Shown here: positions 1 to 9,741 of the stretch, in pieces
How the letters are laid out: each line of letters starts with the position of its first letter
How positions within the stretch are numbered: the stretch's first letter is position 1
Source: a bacterium
Lineage (GTDB): Bacteria; Patescibacteriota; Minisyncoccia; Phycocordibacterales; Phycocordibacteraceae
Length of the DNA stretch: 64,000 bases
Reading direction: 5' to 3'
Assembly: GCA_021802705.1 (NCBI GenBank)
Contig: JAJZRL010000004.1
Coordinates: 13,862-77,861, forward strand
Position numbers and translations under genes: made by a program
The notes under the pieces: model-generated
Seen by the model: the letters and a program-made list of their open reading frames with translations, nothing else
What the model was told of the DNA's origin: nothing
Database searches by the model: none

Positions 1-1
1 A

Positions 2-1219
2 AAGGCCGAGGTGAAGCAGGTCGCTTCGATTTCGGCGGAATCCGAAGTGCTCGGAAGCATCATCGCCGAGGCGGTCGAAAAGGTCGGCAGCAGCGGCGTC
101 GTCACCGTCGAGGAGTCGCAAGGAACCGAGCTCTCCTATGACATCGTCGAAGGATTGGAGATTGATAAAGGGTATGTCTCGCCCTATATGGTCACGAACC
201 CTGAACGGATGGAAGCGGAGATGAAAGATGCGGCTATCCTGCTCACCGATAAGAAAATCGGGAACATACAGGAAATCCTGCCGCTTCTTGAAAAGGTCGC
301 TCAGTCGGGAAAGAAAGAGCTCGTCATCGTCGCTGACGATGTCGAGGGGGATGCGCTCGCGACGTTCGTCGTCAACAAGCTGCGAGGCGCCTTCAACGTG
401 CTTGCCGTAAAAGCGCCGGGCTACGGCGACCGGAAAAAGGACATGCTTGCCGATATCGCGACAGTCGTCGGCGGACAGATTATCTCCGACGAAGTCGGTA
501 TCAAATTCGAGAACGCGACGCTCGGCATGCTCGGGAAAGCCGCCCGCGTGGTCGCGACGAAGGATTCGACGACCATTGTCGGAGGAAAGGGGAAGAAGGC
601 GGACATCACTGCGCGTATCGGGCAGTTGAAAGCGCAAGCGGAGCTCACGGAATCGAAATTCGATAAAGAGAAGCTCGAAGAACGCATCGCGAAGCTCTCC
701 GGCGGCGTTGCGGTCATATCGGTCGGCGCCGCGACCGAGACGGAGATGAAATACCTGAAAGACAAGATTGACGACGCGGTGAAGGCGACGAAAGCCTCTA
801 TCGAGGAGGGGATCGTCCCCGGCGGCGGCACGGCTCTCGCCAAGGTCGCCAAGAAGATTTCCGCGAACGAAGGCAAGATGTCTGCGGATGAAGCCGCCGG
901 TTTCGCTATCGTCGTGAGCGCTCTTGAGAAGCCGCTCACCCAGATAGCCATCAATGCCGGCAAAGACGATGCCGCAGTCATCGTTTCGAAAGTACAGGCG
1001 GGGAAGGCGAATGCCGGTTACGACGCGATTTCAGACGAGATCGTCGACGACATGCTCGCGAAGGGCATCGTCGATCCGGCAAAGATGCCGCGTATGGCGC
1101 TTGAGAATGCCGTTTCCGCTGCGGCGATGCTGCTTACGACCGAAGCGGCGGTTGCCGACATTCCGGAACCGAAGAAGGAGATGCCGGCAGGCGGCGGGAT
1201 GGACGGGATGGGGTTCTAA
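2..1219 (+). CDS. groEL: Chaperonin GroEL (5'-truncated by window edge)
   Basis: Motifs DKGYVSPY, VKAPGYGDRKK, ERIAKLSGGVAVI and EEGIVPGGG, plus a GGM-type C-terminal tail. Confidence 0.98.
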   Translation, partial: KAEVKQVASISAESEVLGSIIAEAVEKVGSSGVVTVEESQGTELSYDIVEGLEIDKGYVSPYMVTNPERMEAEMKDAAILLTDKKIGNIQEILPLLEKVAQSGKKELVIVADDVEGDALATFVVNKLRGAFNVLAVKAPGYGDRKKDMLADIATVVGGQIISDEVGIKFENATLGMLGKAARVVATKDSTTIVGGKGKKADITARIGQLKAQAELTESKFDKEKLEERIAKLSGGVAVISVGAATETEMKYLKDKIDDAVKATKASIEEGIVPGGGTALAKVAKKISANEGKMSADEAAGFAIVVSALEKPLTQIAINAGKDDAAVIVSKVQAGKANAGYDAISDEIVDDMLAKGIVDPAKMPRMALENAVSAAAMLLTTEAAVADIPEPKKEMPAGGGMDGMGF

Positions 1220-1230
1220 AACAGAACGAG

Positions 1231-1274
1231 GGAGAATAAAACGGCGGCGCACCTGCGCCGCCATTTTATTCTCC
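1231..1274. terminator. Bidirectional intrinsic terminator between convergent genes
   Basis: Inverted repeat ggagaataaaacggcggcgca/tgcgccgccattttattctcc. Confidence 0.7.
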
Positions 1275-2003
1275 GAGCGTCTCGTTGTAGCGTATGACTT
1301 CCCACCCGCGCGTCGCTGAGAAAATCTTCCACGGATGGAATTCGCAAATAGTGATACCGGCGTTATCCGAGGCATTGAAGAACGAGAGCTTCACGTAATC
1401 GGCGGCGTGGAGGCGTTTGCGGTAGAGCAAGTAGGCGACAAACATCTTCAGGAAGATGCTGTGGGTTACGACGCAGACATCGCGCTTATGCTGGTACGAA
1501 AGGTATGCGAGCGCCCTCCGCGCCCGCTTCTTAAGGTCTTCGAAATTCTCTTCGTCCGAGAAACGGTATGCGTCGTCGTGATACGCGCGATCTATCTGGT
1601 CGACGATAGGCACGACCTCCGGATCATCAGCCGGTTTGCCGACTATTTCGCTCGGGTTTCGACGTTCTTCGAAAAGCGCCGAGTAGATGATCGGTACCTT
1701 GAGGTACTGGTTGATGATGTCCGCGGTTTCCCGCGTCCGTTCGTAAGGGCTTGCGATGATGCGCTTGATAGGAAAGCGCGCAAGGTAACGCCCGACCCGT
1801 TCCGTCTGATGCTTCCCGTTTTCCGAAAGCCCGCCATCCGGGCCTTGGCGGATGTGTTCGGCATTCAGGATGGTTTCGCCGTGGCGCACGAGATAAAAGC
1901 GCCGCGGCCGCAAGAGGATCGAGAGGATGAACCCGACCGAAATCAGGAACAGCGCGATGAAAAGCGGCTCAAACGCGGTAAGGATGATGGAAAGCGACGG
2001 CAT
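1266..2003 (-). CDS. Histidine phosphatase (phosphoglycerate mutase family) with N-terminal TM segment
   Basis: Motifs LVRHGET, SPYERTRETA and VVTH. Confidence 0.9.
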   Translation of the reverse strand: MPSLSIILTAFEPLFIALFLISVGFILSILLRPRRFYLVRHGETILNAEHIRQGPDGGLSENGKHQTERVGRYLARFPIKRIIASPYERTRETADIINQYLKVPIIYSALFEERRNPSEIVGKPADDPEVVPIVDQIDRAYHDDAYRFSDEENFEDLKKRARRALAYLSYQHKRDVCVVTHSIFLKMFVAYLLYRKRLHAADYVKLSFFNASDNAGITICEFHPWKIFSATRGWEVIRYNETLGE

Positions 2004-2055
2004 ATGTCGTCTCTCAGTATAGCCGACGTGTTACACTTATGCCTATCGTTTTAGT

Positions 2056-2229
2056 ATGAATGGCAAATCGCTCATCTGGGGCGGGATGGTTGTCGGATCG
2101 ACCGTCGGAAGCATCGTGCCGTATTTTTGGAACGGCGGCGTTCTTTCCTATACGCTTTGGAGCGCCATCGGCGGCTTCATCGGCATCTATCTCGGCTTCA
2201 AGCTCGCCAAAGCGACCGGCGCGCTATAA
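2056..2229 (+). CDS. Small 2-TM membrane protein (57 aa)
   Basis: Manually translated MNGKSLIWGGMVVGSTVGSIVPYFWNGG...GGFIGIYLGFKLAKATGAL; fills the intergenic gap; Gly-rich TM helices. Confidence 0.7.
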   Translation: MNGKSLIWGGMVVGSTVGSIVPYFWNGGVLSYTLWSAIGGFIGIYLGFKLAKATGAL

Positions 2230-2703
2230 CCAGCGTCTCACGCTCAAGCGGTACCGGCGGTACTCTTCGCCGAACTTCTTTTCAAGGTATGCCTCTTCGC
2301 GCGCAATGACCTTGAACCGTATGAGTGCGAGGATAGGGATCAGCATGAGAAGCATCCAGAATGCGTTGAACCACGAAGTTGCGCCGAAAGAGAAGAGCGT
2401 CATGGAAAGATAGATCGGATTGCGGCTGAAACGGTACGGGCCGCTCGTTACGATGGCCGTTGTCGGCCGGCGCACATCCATGTTCGTTTTCGCGTTTCGA
2501 AGCGCGCGCGCCGCCGCGGCGATAAGCGCGAGAGAAACCGCCATAAGCGCCGCTCCGATCGGGTAGGCGAAACGCTCCGGCAAAAACGGGAAAGGGAAGA
2601 TCTCGTTCAGGAGCAGTCCGAGAGCGAGTCCGCCCGCATAGATGAACGGGGGCGGCAGAATGACTTTCGGCGAATCAGGCGGAGCGGTTTCGTTTGGATG
2701 CAT
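2224..2703 (-). CDS. Isoprenylcysteine carboxyl methyltransferase / phospholipid methyltransferase family
   Basis: Motifs GPYRFSRNPIY and EEAYLEKKFGEEY...VRRW. Confidence 0.9.
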   Translation of the reverse strand: MHPNETAPPDSPKVILPPPFIYAGGLALGLLLNEIFPFPFLPERFAYPIGAALMAVSLALIAAAARALRNAKTNMDVRRPTTAIVTSGPYRFSRNPIYLSMTLFSFGATSWFNAFWMLLMLIPILALIRFKVIAREEAYLEKKFGEEYRRYRLSVRRWL

Positions 2704-2760
2704 AGGTATATCGTATATATTTTACAGCATTATATTTTGCCCGCCGATGTCTCTCGTCAT

Positions 2761-2789
2761 AAAAACTCCCGCAGGAAGCGGGAGTTTTT
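2761..2789. terminator. Intrinsic terminator
   Basis: Hairpin aaaaactcccgc...gcgggagttttt. Confidence 0.75.
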
Positions 2790-2796
2790 AACAAGA

Positions 2797-2988
2797 TCAT
2801 TCGGTATCGGATCGAGGGTGTTTTTCGCGAAACCTGTCACTCGCTCCGCACGCTATGTAATAACAAACAAGCTCGTCCTCATTCGGTTCATGCCCAAGAA
2901 CGAGCCCTGCGCCCCATCGATTGAGAGGGCTTAGTATTTCGATTCTCTGGAGAGCTAGATACTCTTCGAGCGTCAGACCTGTTTTCAT
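2797..2988 (-). CDS. Small hypothetical protein (63 aa)
   Basis: Preceded by a strong SD (CGAAAGGAG on the minus strand) and followed by a terminator. Confidence 0.5.
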   Translation of the reverse strand: MKTGLTLEEYLALQRIEILSPLNRWGAGLVLGHEPNEDELVCYYIACGASDRFREKHPRSDTE

Positions 2989-3179
2989 CGAGAGTCTCCT
3001 TTCGTCAACAACTCACGGTACTGCTTTCCGTAGCGTAGCACCCCGTTGCGTAATTTCAATAACCTTGTTGTGCAACTCTTTATCGTTCCTGACCATTCTT
3101 CCGCCGTGCTTCGCGTCGCGATCCTCTTTCAGCGTTCAGTTCGAATCTTGGCGGGATCGAAGATATAATTCAAATATGT

Positions 3180-5081
3180 ATGGAAGATAACCACGCTCAT
3201 CATCACGACAGGCATGCCAGTCATCATGCCGCCGATTTTCTAAAGAAATTCTGGGTCGCGCTGGTGCTCTGCGTTCCTATCTTTTTCTACTCCGAAATGG
3301 CGCGGTCTGTGTTCGGCATACAAGGACCATCGTTCTCTGGTTCGGAATACGTCGGCCTGGTATTGGGCTCGATCGTTTTCTTTTATTGCGGCTGGGTCTT
3401 TCTCAAAAGCTCATATGGCGAATTGAAAGACAGGCAACCGGGCATGATGACACTAATCGCGCTCGCGATCACAGCGGCGTACCTCTACAGCTTTGTTTCC
3501 GTCACGGAAGGCACGCGCCATGACCTTCTCTTCGAGCTCTCTTCCCTGATTGCCATCATGCTTCTTGGGCACTGGATCGAGATGCGATCGGTTCAGGGAG
3601 CGCAAGGGGCGCTGAAAGAGCTCGCGAGACTCCTGCCGGACACAGCAGAAGTGATAAGAAACGGAAACGTGCGAAGCATCTCGCTCAATGAACTGGAAGC
3701 CGGCGATAGGATACTCGTTCGGCCCGGCGCAAAAGTCCCTGCGGACGGCGAAATTATAGAAGGCCAATCCGAGCTGAACGAGTCGATCATCACCGGCGAG
3801 TCAAAGCCGGTGTCAAAATCCGAAGGCATGAAAGCTATTGCCGGCTCCATAAACGGCGACGGAAGCCTGACCATCAAAGTCACCGGCATTGGCGAGGGCA
3901 CGTTCCTTGCGGGAGTGATGCGGTTAGTTGCCGACGCACAAGCATCCAAATCACGCCTCCAGATGCTTTCGGACCAAGCGGCTTTTTATTTAACCCTCAT
4001 TACTGTTGGAGCAGGAGCGCTAACGTTTATTGCCTGGATCATTGCACAAGCGGGTATCGGAACAGCAACCGAGCGGCTTATTGCCGTACTCGTCATCGCG
4101 TGCCCGCATGCATTGGGCCTCGCTATCCCGCTTGTCGCCGCAATATCGACGGCCATGGCTGCTCGCAACGGCTTGCTTATCAGAGAACGTCGGGCGCTGG
4201 AATCCGCGAGGAACATCGATACTGTGCTCTTTGACAAAACAGGAACACTCACCGAAGGCGTATTTGCCGTTACGTCTTTGAGTTCTGATGAAGCCCTCGC
4301 TCTCGCCGCAGCGGTTGAAACTCATTCGGAACATCCGATTGCGAAAGCGGTCGTCATGGAAGCAAAAGCGCGCGGCCTTGCCGTCGGAGATGCTCAGAAT
4401 TTCAAACGCATCGCTGGCGCCGGGGTTCAGGCAGAAGTGGAAGGTAGAACGGTCTTCGTCGGTCAGCGCAGCGGCGAGGATATTGTCGTGGAAATCGATG
4501 GAAAGAACGCCGGCAGTATTACCGTCGCAGACAAGGTGCGCCCTGAAGCTAAGGAAGCGATCGCTTCCTTGAAGCACATGAACGTGCAAGTTGCCATGAT
4601 TACCGGCGATTCTCAAGAAGTCGCACGAGACGTCGCCAGGCAGCTCGGCATACAAGAGTACTTTTCGCGCGCGCGGCCGGAGGAGAAAGCCGAAAAGGTG
4701 AAACTTCTACAATCGCAAGGTAAGAAGGTTGCTATGGTTGGCGATGGCGTGAACGACGCTCCCGCATTAACACAAGCCGACATTGGCATCGCCATAGGCG
4801 CTGGCACGAATGTGGCTATTGAATCGGCAGGAATAATTCTGGTACGGAGTGATCCACGCGACATCCCGAAGATTTTTTTACTCTCGCGCCTCACGTACCG
4901 TAAGATGATCCAAAATCTATTTTGGGCTACCGGTTATAATGTCGTGGCGATCCCGTTGGCGGCAGGGGTACTGGCGTTTAAGGGTGTCGTGTTACAGCCG
5001 GCTCTGGCTGCGATTTTTATGTCTGCTAGCACGGTTATCGTTGCAGCCAACGCAATGCTATTACGGAATCAGAAGTTCTAA
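3180..5081 (+). CDS. copB: Copper-translocating P1B-type ATPase (CopB-like)
   Basis: His-rich N-terminus; [27 protein letters not shown] and MSAS motifs. Confidence 0.93.
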   Translation: MEDNHAHHHDRHASHHAADFLKKFWVALVLCVPIFFYSEMARSVFGIQGPSFSGSEYVGLVLGSIVFFYCGWVFLKSSYGELKDRQPGMMTLIALAITAAYLYSFVSVTEGTRHDLLFELSSLIAIMLLGHWIEMRSVQGAQGALKELARLLPDTAEVIRNGNVRSISLNELEAGDRILVRPGAKVPADGEIIEGQSELNESIITGESKPVSKSEGMKAIAGSINGDGSLTIKVTGIGEGTFLAGVMRLVADAQASKSRLQMLSDQAAFYLTLITVGAGALTFIAWIIAQAGIGTATERLIAVLVIACPHALGLAIPLVAAISTAMAARNGLLIRERRALESARNIDTVLFDKTGTLTEGVFAVTSLSSDEALALAAAVETHSEHPIAKAVVMEAKARGLAVGDAQNFKRIAGAGVQAEVEGRTVFVGQRSGEDIVVEIDGKNAGSITVADKVRPEAKEAIASLKHMNVQVAMITGDSQEVARDVARQLGIQEYFSRARPEEKAEKVKLLQSQGKKVAMVGDGVNDAPALTQADIGIAIGAGTNVAIESAGIILVRSDPRDIPKIFLLSRLTYRKMIQNLFWATGYNVVAIPLAAGVLAFKGVVLQPALAAIFMSASTVIVAANAMLLRNQKF

Positions 5082-5183
5082 AGTTCGAATCCCTTCACGG
5101 GTGGCTAGATTTCCTAAAATTGTACTGCGTAATAACGGTCTAGGATAAAGGATATCGGGTCTGTCTGATACAAAAGTCTTCGG

Positions 5184-5269
5184 GCGGTGAGATATTAGCC
5201 TTCGCTTTCAAGCCACCACGCGCTCGGCGCGTGCGAAGAAGGTTCGAGCGAAGGCTAATATCTCACCGC
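5184..5269. repeat. Perfect 23-bp inverted repeat enclosing a small hairpin
   Basis: gcggtgagatattagccttcgct (5184-5206) and its exact reverse complement (5247-5269). Confidence 0.85.
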
Positions 5270-5343
5270 AGATTGAAACTTCCTCGGGACTGAGGGCCGT
5301 GCAGATCGAGCGGGTAAGGTGTCTCATGCTATGATGAGAGGCG

Positions 5344-7731
5344 ATGCAAGCGGAAGCGTCGAGAGCGGCCGCCGATGATTCGGCGGAGAGTGGCGCGTAT
5401 GCGGGGCTGCAGACCATAGCACTTGATGCCCTGCGCGCGCAGTACGGCTACAACGAGCTGCCGGAATTCCGCGAGAACCCGCTCCTCCTCTACCTGAAGA
5501 ATTTCTGGGGGCCGCTCCCCTGGCTCATGGAGCTCATGGTCGTGGTGACGTTCGTCTCGGGGAGCCGGGTGGAGGCGCTCATCATCATCGCGCTCCTCCT
5601 CACAAACAGCGGCATCAACATCCTTGAGCGCCGTTCTGCAGATCGGGCCCTCGCGACCCTGCGCGAGGCCATCCAGGTCACCGCGCGTGTGTGGCGCGAT
5701 GGGGCGTGGGCGGTCATCCCTGCGCGCGAGCTCCTCCCCGGGGATGTCATCCGCGCGCGGGCGGGAGACGTCGTTCCGGCGGATGCGGTGCTCCTTGCAG
5801 GAGCAGTGAGTGTGGACGCTTCAAGCCTCACCGGCGAGTCGCTTCCGGACGATCTCGACGCGGGCGATCCCGCGTACTCGGGAAGCATCGTCCGGCGCGG
5901 CGAAGCGACCGCGCGCGTGACGGCGATCGGCAGGGAGACGCGATATGCGCAGACGACCGAGCTCCTCGAGACAGCCCACCCGCCGACTCACATGGAGAAG
6001 GTTATCTTCGCCGTCATCCGGTACTTCTTCCTCATGAACGTTCTCGTCGCAATCGGCATTACGGTCTTCGGCGTCGCCGTACACGCGCCGGCGATCGAGA
6101 TCGTAAACTACGTCATCGTTCTCCTCATGATGTCGGTGCCGATCGCGTTCCCGACCATGTTTGTAGTGGCGCAGACCTACGGCGCCCTGCAGCTTAGTAC
6201 GGACGGCGCCGGCGTGCGGGACGCGGGCAAGCGGGCGCTCACCCGCCGGCTCGGGGCGGTGCAGGAGGCGGCCGTCATGGACGTCCTCTGCAGCGACAAG
6301 ACCGGGACGCTCACGAAAAATGAGCTCGCGGTTGCCGCCGTCACGCACTATGGAGACTGTGATGAGAGGCGCGTACTCGCGCTTGCCGCCGCAGCGAGCG
6401 ATACGGAGGGCGGGGATGCCATAGATCAGGCGGTGCTCGCCCGCGCGGCCGAAGCGACCGCGCGCGTGCCCGAACGGGAAAGCTTCACGCCGTTCGACTC
6501 GTCGACCAAGCGCACGAGCGCCGTCGTCGTCGAAGCGGACGGGCGGCGCGAGGTGACGCTCGGGCTTGCAGACCTGCTGCTCGGCCCCGACGTGCGTTTC
6601 GCCGACGCCGCGCTTGAGGACGTCGCTGCGATGAGCGCCCGTGGGCTGCGGGTGCTCGCACTCGTCGTCTCTGACGAGCGGGGCGGGAAAGCCTGCGCGG
6701 GCCTCGTGGGACTCCACGACCCGATCCGCCCGGACGCACCCGCGCTCATCCGCGAGCTTTCCGAGCTCGGGATCCGGGTGGTTATGATCACAGGCGACGG
6801 GCGGATCACGGCGGAAGCCGTCGCCCGGGAGCTCGGCCTTGCGGGCGAAGTCTTCACGCCGGCAGACCTCAAGGAGCATCCAGGCATCGCGCTCTCCGGC
6901 GCGGTCTTTGCCGAAGCATACCCCGAAGACAAGCTTGTCATCATCGAGGCGCTCCAGAAGGCCGGCCACGTGGTCGGCATGACCGGCGACGGGGTGAACG
7001 ACGCGCCTGCTCTGCACCGCGCTGAGGTGGGCATCGCCGTGCTCGGAGCGACCGAGGTGGCAAAACAGGCAGCGAGCTTCATCCTGACGAGCGCGGGTCT
7101 CGAGGGGGTCCGGCGAGTGGTGACGGCCGGCCGGCGGGTGTACGTGCGCATCCACACGTGGGTGCTCAACAAGGTCGTGAAGTCCGTGGAGTCGCTTTTC
7201 ATCGCAACGGTCATCTTTGTGCTCACCCATGCCTACATCCTCTCGCCGCTCCTTGCTATCCTCATCCTCCTCTCGAACGATTTCGTAACGATCGCCATTG
7301 CCGCCGATCACACGCGTCCCTTGGCGCGGCCGGCTCGGTGGGACATCCCGCACCTCGTCGCCGGATCGTTCCTCGTCGCCACCGTGCCATACGCGTGCAC
7401 CATGGGCCTCTATCTGTTCGCCGCGCATGAGGGGTATCCGTTCGAGACGATACGCACGGTGGCGTACGTTTCGCTCATCTACCTCGGAGCAACGACCTTG
7501 CTCGCCGTGCGCGCCTGGCCGTTCGGCTGGAGCGTCCGCCCGAAAGGCATCCTCGTCGCCGCGCTCGTCTTCTCGCTCGTCTTCTCGTCGGTAGTGGCCG
7601 GATTCGGTATCTTCATCGCACCTCTGCCACTGGTCTTCTTCCCGCTTATCATCGCGCTGTCCGTCGCAAGCTTCTTCCTGATCGAGCTCGTCAAACGCGC
7701 TGCGTTCGTTCGGAGGTCTATCGGCGCATGA
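5344..7731 (+). CDS. Plasma-membrane H+-transporting P-type ATPase (P3A-like)
   Basis: Motifs YGYNEL, FWGPLPWLME, TGES, CSDKTGTLT and MTGDGVNDAP. Confidence 0.88.
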   Translation: MQAEASRAAADDSAESGAYAGLQTIALDALRAQYGYNELPEFRENPLLLYLKNFWGPLPWLMELMVVVTFVSGSRVEALIIIALLLTNSGINILERRSADRALATLREAIQVTARVWRDGAWAVIPARELLPGDVIRARAGDVVPADAVLLAGAVSVDASSLTGESLPDDLDAGDPAYSGSIVRRGEATARVTAIGRETRYAQTTELLETAHPPTHMEKVIFAVIRYFFLMNVLVAIGITVFGVAVHAPAIEIVNYVIVLLMMSVPIAFPTMFVVAQTYGALQLSTDGAGVRDAGKRALTRRLGAVQEAAVMDVLCSDKTGTLTKNELAVAAVTHYGDCDERRVLALAAAASDTEGGDAIDQAVLARAAEATARVPERESFTPFDSSTKRTSAVVVEADGRREVTLGLADLLLGPDVRFADAALEDVAAMSARGLRVLALVVSDERGGKACAGLVGLHDPIRPDAPALIRELSELGIRVVMITGDGRITAEAVARELGLAGEVFTPADLKEHPGIALSGAVFAEAYPEDKLVIIEALQKAGHVVGMTGDGVNDAPALHRAEVGIAVLGATEVAKQAASFILTSAGLEGVRRVVTAGRRVYVRIHTWVLNKVVKSVESLFIATVIFVLTHAYILSPLLAILILLSNDFVTIAIAADHTRPLARPARWDIPHLVAGSFLVATVPYACTMGLYLFAAHEGYPFETIRTVAYVSLIYLGATTLLAVRAWPFGWSVRPKGILVAALVFSLVFSSVVAGFGIFIAPLPLVFFPLIIALSVASFFLIELVKRAAFVRRSIGA

Positions 7732-7865
7732 GTCCGCGCTTCGGGCCCCGCACCCGACGCTGCAACCCGGTGTTTCCGCGAGTTCTAGAGGGTAGAACAG
7801 CACCTATTGAGGGTCGCAACAAAACCTCGGCATTGCGGGAACACGCCGATAATAAGTTGTCAATG

Positions 7866-7952
7866 CGGAGACGGTGGGATTCGAACCCACGAGAGGATTT
7901 CTCCCCTGCCTCATTAGCAGCGAGGTGCTTTCGACCACTCAGCCACGTCTCC
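7866..7952 (-). tRNA. tRNA-Ser(GCT)
   Basis: Cloverleaf GGAGACG...CGTCTCC-G, anticodon loop CTGCTAA, long variable arm, GTTCGAATC T-loop; CCA not encoded. Confidence 0.95.
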
Positions 7953-7972
7953 GTAGGGCAAGGATAACAGAC

Positions 7973-8587
7973 TTAATGAGCGAGGGCGAGCGGGATGACA
8001 TGTCTTGCCCCGGCTGCTATAAGCGCGTCGATAGCTTCTTGAAGGGTTGCGCCGGTAGTAAGGACGTCGTCAAGGATGATGTAGGTGTAAGAGGGGTCGG
8101 CCTTGCGGACAGCCTTGAAGGCGTCTCGTACGTTTTCTTTGCGCGCAGCTCGGGAGAGTGTCGTTTGTGATTCCGTGTCGCGGACGCGCGTAAGGAGCGT
8201 CGTTTCTACGAGCATGCCGCCGGCCTTCTCTGCGGCACGCCGCGCGACTTCCTCGACCTGGTTATATCCGCGCATCCTGCGCCGCTTCTTGCTAAGCGGG
8301 ATCGGTATGATCGAGAATGTGCAGAAATCCGCTTCGTCGATCATGAGCAGGTATTCGGCGAGAGTGTCGGCGAGAAGATCGAAAGCGCGTTCGTTGCCGT
8401 GGTATTTCGCTTCATGGATAGCGGCCCGCACGCGAGTATCGGAGAAGGGAAGGAGCGCGGTTGCGGGTGGTCGCGTATCGGGAACCTGGCGCGGATCCAG
8501 AAGCGCCGCAAAGTCGTCGGGCGCGAGGCCGCGGAGCGCCTTCTCGTCCGCGCGCGGAGGGAAAAGGATGTCAAGCCAGCGCAGCAT
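7973..8587 (-). CDS. comF: ComF-family competence protein (PRTase fold)
   Basis: Motifs PIPLS...RGYNQ and LDDVLTTGAT. Confidence 0.9.
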   Translation of the reverse strand: MLRWLDILFPPRADEKALRGLAPDDFAALLDPRQVPDTRPPATALLPFSDTRVRAAIHEAKYHGNERAFDLLADTLAEYLLMIDEADFCTFSIIPIPLSKKRRRMRGYNQVEEVARRAAEKAGGMLVETTLLTRVRDTESQTTLSRAARKENVRDAFKAVRKADPSYTYIILDDVLTTGATLQEAIDALIAAGARHVIPLALAH

Positions 8588-8601
8588 GATATCATTCTTA
8601 C

Positions 8602-9681
8602 ATGTCCGGACTTTCGTTTTTCGCTAATCTCTTTGGGAAAAAGGAAGAGAGCGTCCTTGGCGTCGATATCGGCTCCTCGTCTTTGAAGGTCGTGCAGCTT
8701 CGGAAAAAGCAAGGGCGGGTCGTGCTTGAAACCTATGGCGAACTCGCGCTCGGTCCTTACGGCGGCGCGGAAGTAGGGCAAGCGATGAACCTCTCCGCCG
8801 AGCAGATTACCGAAACGCTCAAGGACTTGCTGCGCGAAGCGAAAGTGACGGCAAAGAGCTGCGGCGTTTCGATACCGTTCGCCCGGTCCCTCCTCACGCT
8901 CGTTGAGCTTCCTTATCGCAAGGATCCGCGAGAGCAGAAGACCGTCATCGAGCTCGAAGCGAGGAAATATATCCCTGTGCCAGTGAGCGAGATACAGCTC
9001 GACTGGTTCATCGTTCCCGAGGAAGACCCGTCGCAGAACGCTCCCAAAGAAAAGATCGACGTGCTTATCGTCGCCGTCCACAATGACGAGCTGAAGTTCC
9101 TTCAGAGCGTTATCACGGGCGCGCATCTCGCGGCGAGCTTCTATGAGATCGAGATTTTCAGCACTATCCGTGCGGCTGTCGGGGAGCAGGTGAAGCCGGT
9201 CATGATCCTTGATATCGGCGCCGCTTCGACGAAAACGTACGTAGTCGAGCACGGGGTCGTGGCGCTTTCGCACGCCATAAGCGTCGGGAGCCAGGATATC
9301 ACCCGCGCTATCGCGGTTTCCGGCAATCTTCCCATCGCCCGTGCGGAAGTGCTTAAAAAAGAAAAAGGCCTTGAAGGGGGCGAATCGCTGAGCTCCCTCG
9401 AGCTCGTCTTCTCTCGAATCTTTTCGGAAGTGCGGCGTGTGCTCATACAGTATGAGACGGCTCATAAGAAATCCATCACATCGATCGTGCTTACCGGCGG
9501 CGGTGGTATCACGAAAGCGCTCGACGATTACGCGAAAAGCATCTTTTCGATCGACGTGCATGTCGCGGATCCGTTCTCGAAAACGGAGGCGCCGGCCTTC
9601 ATGCGGTCGGTTCTCGAAGAGATCGGTCCCGAGTTCGCGGTTGCCGTCGGACTCGCGCTTCGCAAGCTCGAGGAGATGTAG
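8602..9681 (+). CDS. pilM: Type IV pilus assembly protein PilM
   Basis: Actin-like motifs GVDIGSSSLK, LDIGA and LTGGG; C-terminal AVAVGLALR. Confidence 0.93.
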   Translation: MSGLSFFANLFGKKEESVLGVDIGSSSLKVVQLRKKQGRVVLETYGELALGPYGGAEVGQAMNLSAEQITETLKDLLREAKVTAKSCGVSIPFARSLLTLVELPYRKDPREQKTVIELEARKYIPVPVSEIQLDWFIVPEEDPSQNAPKEKIDVLIVAVHNDELKFLQSVITGAHLAASFYEIEIFSTIRAAVGEQVKPVMILDIGAASTKTYVVEHGVVALSHAISVGSQDITRAIAVSGNLPIARAEVLKKEKGLEGGESLSSLELVFSRIFSEVRRVLIQYETAHKKSITSIVLTGGGGITKALDDYAKSIFSIDVHVADPFSKTEAPAFMRSVLEEIGPEFAVAVGLALRKLEEM

Positions 9682-9741
9682 AAGAAAGTTTTACACACGT
9701 GTCGCGCTCGAAGCTTGCGAAGCTGTCGTATACTAAAAGAA

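Noticed and set aside
5083-5093. gttcgaatccc T-loop-like fragment as an att site of tRNA-Ser
   Set aside because: Only 11 bp, in opposite orientation to the tRNA, with no integrase nearby
5821-7803. 660-aa antisense ORF and other long shadow ORFs (19914-21398, 39715-40752, 42836-43813)
   Set aside because: They lie opposite well-supported genes in GC-rich DNA and have no motifs
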